This document shows, piece after piece, positions 6,782-13,114 of a stretch of DNA of 13,114 bases (its first letter is position 1; each line of letters begins with the position of its first letter). A program made the position numbers and the translations under genes. The stretch is from Candidatus Fraserbacteria bacterium. Its GTDB lineage: Bacteria > Bipolaricaulota > Bipolaricaulia > RBG-16-55-9. Location: NCBI GenBank assembly GCA_037443265.1, contig JBBIOR010000033.1:1-13114 (forward strand), written 5' to 3'. The notes beneath the pieces are model-generated. The model saw nothing but the letters and a program-made list of their open reading frames with translations, made no database searches and was not told the origin of the DNA.

Positions 6782-7868
6782 TTAATCCTTCATCTCCGGC
6801 CGCCGCAGATACGCTTCCATGAATTCATCCAGCTCGCCGTTCATCACGGCCTCCACGTTGCCCACTTCCACCCCCGTGCGGTGATCTTTGACCAGCTGAT
6901 AGGGGTGAAAGACATAAGAGCGGATCTGAGAGCCCCATTCGATGCTCTTCTGCTCGCCCCGCAGGGCCTCAAGCTCTTTTTCCTTCTGGCGGCGCTTGAG
7001 CTCATAAAGGCGCGCTTTGAGCATCTTAAGAGCGATCTCTTTGTTCTGGTGCTGCGAGCGCTCCTTCTGACAAGCCACCACGATCCCCGTGGGTAGATGC
7101 GTGATGCGCACGGCCGAGTCCGTCTTGTTCACATACTGGCCTCCAGCCCCTCCGGCCCGGTAGGTGTCGATCTTAAGATCCTCAGCGCGGATCTCGATCT
7201 GAGGATCTTCCATGATGGGGATCACCGAGACGGCCGCAAACGACGTGTGCCTCCGCTGATTGGCATCAAAGGGGGAAATTCTCACTAAGCGATGGACCCC
7301 CTGCTCGCCCTTGAGATACCCGTAGGCATAGGGGCCTTGGACTTCGACCGTGGCGCTCTTTAAGCCCGCCACTTCCCCAGGGCTGGCCTCCAGCACGCGA
7401 TAGCGATAGCCCTTCTTCTCCAGCCAGCTCACATACATTCGGAGGAGCATCTCAGTCCAGTCCTGGGCGTCTGTGCCCCCGGCCCCGGCGTTCAAGCTGA
7501 GATAGCACGGCGAGTTGTCATAGGGGCCACTCATGAAGATCTCCAGCTCGAGCTGATCCAGGCGGCGGGCGAGCTCTTGGGCAGAAGCTTCCAGCTCCCC
7601 AAGAGCCGAAGGATCTCCCTCTTCGCTCCCGAGCAAAGCCAGCACTTCGAGATCTTCAAGCTGGCGCTCTAGATCTGAAAACCTTTGGAGCTTGGTGCGC
7701 GCGGACTCCAGCTGCTGGGTGATATCTCTGGCCCGCTCGCGGTCCTCCCAGAAGGCCGGTTGGGACATCTGGGCTTCAAATTCTTGCACGCGGGCCTTCA
7801 AAGAGCCCACGTCAAAGGCGATCACCTAAGGCCTTAAGGCGCTTCTGAAGCTCTTTCAGCACTTCCAT
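6782..7868 (-). CDS. prfB: Peptide chain release factor 2, about 361 aa, decoded through a programmed +1 frameshift
   Basis: SPF motif (RISPFD) and GGQ motif (GAGGQYVNKTDSAVR). ATG 7868 reads MEVLKELQKRLKALGDRL up to CTT TGA C (7817-7811), and the +1 frame continues DVGSLK as in the track ORF. An in-frame TTG at 7883 is an alternative start. Confidence 0.97.
7811..7827 (-). other. prfB programmed +1 ribosomal frameshift cassette (internal SD + CTT TGA C)
   Basis: Minus strand AGGTGATC GC CTT TGA C: the canonical RF2 shift site with an upstream tract complementary to the anti-SD. Confidence 0.95.
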
Positions 7869-7897
7869 TTGCGTAAGTTCCAAGAGAATTCTAAGAT
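7869..7897 (+). promoter_or_regulatory. Putative rsmI promoter TTGCGT-17-TAAGAT (leaderless geometry)
   Basis: -35 at 7869-7874, -10 at 7892-7897, then 6 nt to the GTG start at 7904; no SD. Confidence 0.65.
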
Positions 7898-7916
7898 GAG
7901 CTCGTGCAGAATGCAA
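7888..7916 (-). promoter_or_regulatory. Putative prfB promoter TTGCAT-17-TAGAAT
   Basis: -35 at 7916-7911 (inside rsmI), -10 at 7893-7888, spacer exactly 17 bp. Confidence 0.65.
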
Positions 7917-8605
7917 GCGCAGCGGGCGTTCTTTATCTGGTGGCCACGCCCATTGGAAATCTCGAAGACATCACGTTGCGGGCGCTGCGCGTGCTCAAAG
8001 AAGTCGATCTCATCGTGGCCGAAGACACGCGCCGCTCGCGCCAGTTGCTTGGGCATTACGGGATTTCAACTCCTTTGGGCCGCAGCCTCTTTGAGGGAGT
8101 CGAGCGGGAGCGGGTTGACTCGCTCATTGGGCTGTTGAAGGCAGGCAAGAGGCTCGCGCTCATCTCGGATGCCGGCACGCCGCTCATTTGTGATCCGGGC
8201 TATTTGTTAGTCAAGCGGGCCGTAGCGGAAGGGATTCGCGTGGTGCCGGTGCCGGGGCCAACGGCTCTGATGGCCGCCCTTATCGCCTCGGGGCTGCCGA
8301 CAGATCATTTCGTCTTCGATGGCGTCCCACCCAAGGGGGAGGGCCGGCGCCGAAGATATTTCCAGTCGCTTAAGGATGAGACGCGCACGGTCGTGCTCTA
8401 TGAGTCTCCTCATCGTATCCTAAAGACCCTCCAGACGCTCTGCGAGATCTTGCCGGAGCGCGAGATCGTGTTGGCGCGGGAGCTGACGAAAGTGCATGAG
8501 GAGTTTCTGCGCGGCACCCCGGAAGAGCTTTTAAGAGCCTTGGGCGCGCGCCCCGCCATCAAGGGGGAGCTTGTGCTGGTGATTCGAGGGGCTTATCGGG
8601 ATTGA
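7904..8605 (+). CDS. rsmI: 16S rRNA (cytidine1402-2'-O)-methyltransferase
   Basis: LYLVATPIGNLEDITLRAL, AEDTR, ISDAGTPLI.DPG, VPGP.A..AAL..SG, YESPHR, RELTK.HEE and KGE.V. Short form, apparently without the C-terminal extension seen in E. coli RsmI. Confidence 0.97.
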   Translation: MQNASAAGVLYLVATPIGNLEDITLRALRVLKEVDLIVAEDTRRSRQLLGHYGISTPLGRSLFEGVERERVDSLIGLLKAGKRLALISDAGTPLICDPGYLLVKRAVAEGIRVVPVPGPTALMAALIASGLPTDHFVFDGVPPKGEGRRRRYFQSLKDETRTVVLYESPHRILKTLQTLCEILPEREIVLARELTKVHEEFLRGTPEELLRALGARPAIKGELVLVIRGAYRD

Positions 8606-8618
8606 CTCTGCTAAGTCG

Positions 8619-8653
8619 CTATGTTATGTTAGGTTAGGTTAGGTTAGGTTAGG
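8619..8653 (+). repeat. Pentanucleotide microsatellite: CTATG TTATG (TTAGG)5
   Basis: Five perfect TTAGG units at 8629-8653 preceded by two degenerate units. The last unit contains the stop codon of the convergent gene. Confidence 0.95.
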
Positions 8654-9131
8654 TGTGCTTATCGGCCACGGTGGAGGCGGCGTAGGCGTCCGGTTTGGTC
8701 TTCACCGCAAACCCTGAGCCCACGATCATGCCCACGACCTCGTCGATGAGCTCTTTGGTGGGGCCGCGCTGGCCCACGTCCACGTGGATCTCTAAATTGT
8801 AATCCAGTGGCGTGCGCACCTCGAGCTCCTCCATCACGGCCTTGGCCAGCTCGAAGGAGAGCGTGGCCTCCTTGTAGATCTTCTGGCGTAGCGTATATAT
8901 TTTTGTTTCGCGCACCCGCCTCCAGAAATATCTCCCCCCCTTGCCCACCTTGTGAATGATCACGGCGCTCACAAAATCCATCTCGCCCAAGCTGGAATGG
9001 GAGTCCGTCCCCACGACGATCTCGTAGCGGACGGTGGGATCTTCCTCCATCACCGCCACGATGTCTTCAATGACTTCTGCAAAAGACATCCGGCCCTTCG
9101 TCGGGCTGTAGAAACGCTCGGTGTGTATCAT
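8649..9131 (-). CDS. Ribonuclease H-like YkuK family protein (DUF458), about 160 aa
   Basis: Y.IVVGTDS, SAVIIH.VGKGGRYF, LRQKIY.EA.LS, LEIHVDVG..G.T..LI.EVVG.I...GF....KPDAYAAS.VADK. Start moved from 9206 to ATG 9131, which removes the overlap with the upstream gene and fits a promoter. Confidence 0.88.
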   Translation of the reverse strand: MIHTERFYSPTKGRMSFAEVIEDIVAVMEEDPTVRYEIVVGTDSHSSLGEMDFVSAVIIHKVGKGGRYFWRRVRETKIYTLRQKIYKEATLSFELAKAVMEELEVRTPLDYNLEIHVDVGQRGPTKELIDEVVGMIVGSGFAVKTKPDAYAASTVADKHT

Positions 9132-9140
9132 AACGCGCCG

Positions 9141-9170
9141 ATTATACGCCCCAAGCTCAAGGGATCGCAA
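9141..9170 (-). promoter_or_regulatory. Putative promoter TTGCGA-18-TATAAT for the YkuK-like gene
   Basis: TATAAT at 9146-9141, 9 nt before ATG 9131; TTGCGA at 9170-9165, within the last codons of the lipoprotein gene. Confidence 0.7.
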
Positions 9171-10809
9171 GCTGATTGAGCAGGATGGAGATGCGCTTGG
9201 CCCCAAATTGAAGGACCACCAGATCCAAAGAGCCGTCTTGATCGAGGTCTCCGGCGGCTAGGGCCGTAGGTCCGCCGGCCAGAGGGAACGTCTTGGCCTG
9301 CTCAGGCCGGCCGAACCGCCCCAAACCGTCGTTTAGGAAGATCGTCACGCTGCCTTCGCCGCTGTTGGCCGCGGCCAGATCCAAAGAACCGTCTCCGTCA
9401 AAGTCGGCGGTGGCCAGGGCACGCACGCCCTCTCCGACTTTGACTTCCAAAGCGGAATCGAAGCGGCCCGCACCTCGGCCCATGAGCAGCGAGAGGCTCG
9501 AACTGAGCGCGTTCGCGCAGATCAGATCTAAGAAGCCATCGCCGTCGAGATCGGCGGCCGCCAGGGCCGCCGGCCCCGCACCCACCGAGAGCGTGCCTCC
9601 GGCTCGAAATCTACCTAAGCCGTCCCCAAAGAGCAGCGTGAGGGAATTGCCCAAGAAATTCGCCACTGCCAGATCTAAGAAGCCATCACCGTTGAGATCG
9701 GCGGGCACCAGGGCCGCCGGCCAGCGGCCCACCCGAATACTCCCCGCCAGCTGGAAATTTCCCGTCCCGTCGCCCAAGAGCACGACCACTTCGTCTCGGC
9801 CTACATCCGCTACGGCCAGATCCGTCCGGCCGTCGTCATCGAAGTCCGCGGCCGCAAGGGCTGTGGTCCACTGCCCCAGGCGCATCTCAGCAGCGGCTCG
9901 GAAGCGACGGCCTCCCTCGTTCCGCCAGAGCGAGACGCTGCCGCTCTCCAGCTTGGCCGTTGCCAGATCTAAGAAGCCATCGCCGTCGAAGTCGCCGGCC
10001 GCCAGCGCCACCGGGCGGCGGCCCACCGCGAAACTCTCACCCTGGATAAACGTGAAGGAGCCGGATTCCTGCCGGCCAAAGAAGAGAGTGAGCTCATCGC
10101 TCTCGCTGCTCACGACCGCTAGATCGAGCCGTCCATCGCCGTCAAGGTCGCGCAGGAGACCATCTAGGGGAGAGGAGGTACTCCGCACCGGCGGAAGCCT
10201 CAAGAAATCCAAGACGGCCACGACCAGCGTGGCGCTGCTGGCCGCTCCATCCCGATCCCGAACAGTGAGCCGGACCGTGAAGCGACCTGCCGATGGATAG
10301 ACATGCGTGACGCGCTTTCCGCGGGCGTCTGCCCCATCGCCGAAGTCCCACTCGTATTGAAGGGGCTCTCCTTCGGGATCGAAGGAGGCCGAGGCATCAA
10401 AATTCACAGTCAGGGGCGGCCAGCCGCTGGTAGGCGAAGCGGCAAAGATCGCTTGAGGAGGCGGATTGCCCACCACGATCCTCACCCGATCCTGATCGCT
10501 TGAGCCAAACTGATCACTCACCCGCAGAGTGGCCAGATAGATCCCATTGCGCTGGTAGACATGCGAGACCCTGGGGCCTTCGGCTCGGGTGCCCTCTCCG
10601 AAATCCCACTCATAGCGGACGATGAGGCCATCGGGGTCAAAAGAGCGCGAGCCGTCAAACTCTACCACCAGGGGAGCCTCACCCCGGGTGGGAGAGGCCT
10701 CGATGACGGCCACCGGCACCTGATTTCCCGCCAGGAGACTGCAACCCGACAAGCTCAGCATGGAGCTGAGCACCAGCAGCAAGACCCTTGGCCACCCTCC
10801 CATTCCCAT
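9157..10809 (-). CDS. Lipoprotein with two PKD domains and a seven-repeat FG-GAP/VCBS beta-propeller
   Basis: Lipobox LSGC (Cys23); two PKD units (APL.V.FD.S.S.DP.G...YEWDFG.G....G..V.HVY...G); seven D-[LF]-[DN]-x-D-G-x-x-D-L loops; SD AAGGGGG 7 nt before the ATG. Confidence 0.9.
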   Translation of the reverse strand: MGMGGWPRVLLLVLSSMLSLSGCSLLAGNQVPVAVIEASPTRGEAPLVVEFDGSRSFDPDGLIVRYEWDFGEGTRAEGPRVSHVYQRNGIYLATLRVSDQFGSSDQDRVRIVVGNPPPQAIFAASPTSGWPPLTVNFDASASFDPEGEPLQYEWDFGDGADARGKRVTHVYPSAGRFTVRLTVRDRDGAASSATLVVAVLDFLRLPPVRSTSSPLDGLLRDLDGDGRLDLAVVSSESDELTLFFGRQESGSFTFIQGESFAVGRRPVALAAGDFDGDGFLDLATAKLESGSVSLWRNEGGRRFRAAAEMRLGQWTTALAAADFDDDGRTDLAVADVGRDEVVVLLGDGTGNFQLAGSIRVGRWPAALVPADLNGDGFLDLAVANFLGNSLTLLFGDGLGRFRAGGTLSVGAGPAALAAADLDGDGFLDLICANALSSSLSLLMGRGAGRFDSALEVKVGEGVRALATADFDGDGSLDLAAANSGEGSVTIFLNDGLGRFGRPEQAKTFPLAGGPTALAAGDLDQDGSLDLVVLQFGAKRISILLNQLAIP

Positions 10810-10837
10810 GCCGCTGCCCCCTTAGAGACCGAGCTTT

Positions 10838-10867
10838 AGCATAGAGGCCCGGCCGGGCTCTTGTCAA
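10838..10867 (-). promoter_or_regulatory. Putative promoter TTGACA-18-TATGCT for the lipoprotein gene, with a palindromic spacer
   Basis: -35 at 10867-10862, -10 at 10843-10838; the spacer contains GCCCGGCCGGGC (10847-10858). Confidence 0.7.
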
Positions 10868-10870
10868 AGC

Positions 10871-13042
10871 TTAGCGGAGCAGCACCAGCTTCCTGAGGGA
10901 GCTTTGCAGGATCCTCCCATCGGGTGCGCGCACGGTGGCCACATAGAGATAGACGCCATTGGCCCAGTCTCTGATATCGACCGACAGGCGGACTTGAGAG
11001 ACGGGGCCGTAGCTTAAGCGCTCCCGACCGGAGAGATCGAAGATCCGCACCTGCCAGCTCCCAGAGAAGCCCCCCAGAGCTGGGAAGTGGAAGACGATCT
11101 CCCCTGGCTCGACTTGGGCCGAGGGAAGGGGAGCCGGAAGAACTTCGAGCCACTGGTCCCCCTCGACCGGCTGGCCGCCTAGCGCGCCTTCGAGCTTATA
11201 CCGGCCGGGTCTTACGCTTGGGGCCACGAGCAGACGATACGTCACCTCCCGAGTCTCCCCGGGGCCCAGAGCGCTCCAGCTCCATTGAGCCTCCTGGGCA
11301 TGGGTGATGAGGTCGGCTCCGTCTGTCTTAAGGGGCTTAAGGGAGAAGCCGGGCGGGAGCCTCTCGCGGAGGGTGAGGCTCCCGAAGAGGGCCGCGGGCA
11401 TGCGCACTTTTATCTGGACGAGGGCGCTCTCTGCGGGCGCGATCTGGGCTGGGGATAAGACTCGCGCGGCCTGCGGGCGCCCCAGCAGCATCTGGAGCTT
11501 GCCGGCCCCGCTCTCTGGGTCTGGGCCTGGCGGAGCTAGATCCAGGGCATCCCGTTCGAGGGCCTGCCTCAGCTGGAAGAGATCCCAATCGGGGTGCTTA
11601 GAGAGCAGCAGGGCGGCGGCTCCCGCCACGTGCGGCGCGGCCGCAGACGTCCCATAGAAGCCGCGGACTCCATCCGGGGCCACCAGATCCGGCTTGATCC
11701 GCCCGTCGCGGGTGGGCCCCCGCGCGCTGAAACCCTCTATAACGCCCTCATCCCACAGCGCTAAGCTCACGGCTCCCACCGCCAGAGCGCACCGGCAGTC
11801 CGCCGGAGCGATCACGCTCCCATGAGGCGTAAAGGGCTCCAGCTCCTCTGCTAAGCTGAAGATCCTAAGCCACAGGGGCCGGCTGACGCGCTTGGCCCGC
11901 ACCTTCAGCTCATAGACGCCCGGCTCGGCCAAAAACTCGAGCCACTCGCGCGGCGGATCGAGCCCCCTCTGAGGCGCCTCCGAAGAGGCCACAATCTTAC
12001 CGCGGCCATCCACCAAGAAGAGATCGAGATCTTGTTCAGTCCGGGGCCAGTCGTCCCAGACCAACACCAAGCTGATCTTGCCGCCGAAGGGGACGAAGAG
12101 GCGCAGCGCCTCCCCAGAGGAGCCGAACTCCGCCCAGCCGTCCCTATCGCGATCTTGGAAGAGGCCCATCCAGTGGCTTCGGGCTTGATTGCCCGCCGCG
12201 TTCACCCAGAGGATTCCGTAGTCGGCGGCCCTCTGCGCGATCTCGTTGATGAGGCCCCCACCATCCCCAAAATTCGTGTCGAACCAGCCCAGCGAGTGAT
12301 TGATCACCCGGACCCCCAGGCGGATCGCGTCCTCCACCGCCCGTTCCAGTTCCACTTCCGTCCCGTCTTCTCCCAGATTCATCAGGACGAGCTGGGCGGA
12401 GGGGGCCACCTCGTGGACGATTCTGGCCACTTGCGTCCCGTGATCCGAGCCGGTCTCAAGGCCCTGGCCGCTGTAGTCGATCATCTCCGAGATGGCACTG
12501 GGCTTAAGAGAGCCTTTGAGAAAGGCCTGGCGCAGGCCGCGAAAGCCGGCATCTATGATGGCCACTTTGACCCCCTGGCCCAAGAAGCCAAAGCTTTGGA
12601 AGAGCACAGCCCCCGTGGGCAGGGCACCACTCTCATAGGGGAGGCCCAAGGGATAGGCCCGGAAGGGCCTGCGGATGAAGGCGATGCCCGCCAGTCGGGC
12701 AATCTCCCGCAGGCGCTCGATGGGAAGCTGGGCCCTTAGAAGATACGGGCTTTGAGCTTCGATGGTACCTCCTAGAGCTTGGAGTAAGAAGGGCAGAGCA
12801 GAGTTGTTCCCTTCAAGCTCGATGATGGCTTTAAGGTAGCGCCCCTTGAGGGAGATGCCGTGCTCTTGGGCGAAGAGCGGGACTTCGGCCTCCTTAAGCG
12901 CTAGCAGTGGGAGGAGGGCTCCTTCGATGCGATCTTCTGCCAGAGGGCTCCCCGGACCCGGACCCGAACCCGGACTGGACACTGCCTCTGGAAGGAGACT
13001 GGCGCTCACAAGGAGCGTCAGAAGTAGGACTCGCGGTCTCAT
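10871..13042 (-). CDS. Secreted S8 (subtilisin-like) serine peptidase with propeptide, inserted beta-domain, Ig-like domain and T9SS-CTD-like C-terminus
   Basis: Signal peptide MRPRVLLLTLLVSASLL; catalytic D (VAIIDAG), H (HGTQVA), oxyanion N (AAGN) and S (GTSAAAPHVAG); FSARGPT.DGRIKPDLVAP. Confidence 0.92.
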   Translation of the reverse strand: MRPRVLLLTLLVSASLLPEAVSSPGSGPGPGSPLAEDRIEGALLPLLALKEAEVPLFAQEHGISLKGRYLKAIIELEGNNSALPFLLQALGGTIEAQSPYLLRAQLPIERLREIARLAGIAFIRRPFRAYPLGLPYESGALPTGAVLFQSFGFLGQGVKVAIIDAGFRGLRQAFLKGSLKPSAISEMIDYSGQGLETGSDHGTQVARIVHEVAPSAQLVLMNLGEDGTEVELERAVEDAIRLGVRVINHSLGWFDTNFGDGGGLINEIAQRAADYGILWVNAAGNQARSHWMGLFQDRDRDGWAEFGSSGEALRLFVPFGGKISLVLVWDDWPRTEQDLDLFLVDGRGKIVASSEAPQRGLDPPREWLEFLAEPGVYELKVRAKRVSRPLWLRIFSLAEELEPFTPHGSVIAPADCRCALAVGAVSLALWDEGVIEGFSARGPTRDGRIKPDLVAPDGVRGFYGTSAAAPHVAGAAALLLSKHPDWDLFQLRQALERDALDLAPPGPDPESGAGKLQMLLGRPQAARVLSPAQIAPAESALVQIKVRMPAALFGSLTLRERLPPGFSLKPLKTDGADLITHAQEAQWSWSALGPGETREVTYRLLVAPSVRPGRYKLEGALGGQPVEGDQWLEVLPAPLPSAQVEPGEIVFHFPALGGFSGSWQVRIFDLSGRERLSYGPVSQVRLSVDIRDWANGVYLYVATVRAPDGRILQSSLRKLVLLR
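12951..12974 (+). repeat. Short in-frame hexamer repeat (CCCGGA)2 CCCGAA CCCGGA encoding a Pro/Gly/Ser linker
   Basis: Four 6-mer units, one with a mismatch, encoding PGSGPGPG just after the protease signal peptide. Confidence 0.7.
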
Positions 13043-13057
13043 GCGAGCGGATTAGCT

Positions 13058-13114
13058 TTAGAAGACTTCCGCCAGTGGGATCTCCAGCTCCGCCAGCAGG
13101 GAAGATCTCAAGAC
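13058..13114 (-). CDS. 3' end of an upstream CDS, probably a Uma2 family (DUF820) endonuclease, partial
   Basis: Not in the ORF track. Reads VLRSSLLAELEIPLAEVF-TAA, resembling the typical Uma2 C-terminus (L.S.LLPG.E..L.E.F). Only 18 residues are visible. Confidence 0.45.
   Translation of the reverse strand, partial: VLRSSLLAELEIPLAEVF

Noticed and set aside
7812..7814. In-frame TGA in prfB suggesting a pseudogene or sequencing error
   Set aside because: It is the conserved CTT-TGA-C programmed frameshift.
8629..8653. Eukaryotic telomere contamination or a chromosome end
   Set aside because: The tract is 25 bp, internal, flanked by intact bacterial genes, and overlaps a functional stop codon.
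9132..9206. N-terminal 25-aa extension of the YkuK-like ORF in the track
   Set aside because: It overlaps the upstream gene and spans a TATAAT promoter; family-like sequence begins at ATG 9131.
9220..10150. Regularly spaced direct repeats as a CRISPR array or DGR template/variable repeat
   Set aside because: The spacing of 147-156 nt is in frame within a CDS, the repeats are degenerate, and no cas or reverse transcriptase gene is present.
9293..10300. 335-aa plus-strand ORF with repeated ARSKKPSP motifs
   Set aside because: Antisense shadow of the FG-GAP repeats; Ser/Pro/Arg-rich, with periodicity fully explained by the minus-strand gene.
10836..11153. 105-aa alternate-frame ORF over the protease 3' end
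   Set aside because: No motif or SD; the overlapping frame encodes the recognisable CTD-like tail.

Overview
GC-rich (about 60% by eye) bacterial chromosomal window, almost all coded on the minus strand. The left half is a putative catabolic operon: FadR/GntR regulator, Dpp/Opp-type binding protein, two permeases (no ATPase), DUF1028 protein, non-canonical gamma-glutamyltransferase-family enzyme, and a TauE/SafE-like membrane protein running off the left edge. It is driven by a perfect TTGACA-17-TATAAT promoter flanked by FadR-type operators. The middle holds prfB with its programmed +1 frameshift (CTT TGA C), divergent rsmI sharing an overlapping bidirectional promoter, a (TTAGG)5 microsatellite, and a YkuK-type RNase H-like gene. 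The right half encodes a PKD-PKD-7xFG-GAP lipoprotein, a secreted S8 protease ending in a T9SS-CTD-like tail, and the 3' end of a probable Uma2 gene. Several genes look leaderless or nearly so. Protein style suggests a lineage such as Ca. Bipolaricaulota/Acetothermia (inference only). No rRNA, tRNA, CRISPR or IS element was seen. All family calls come from motif recognition by eye, not from database searches.
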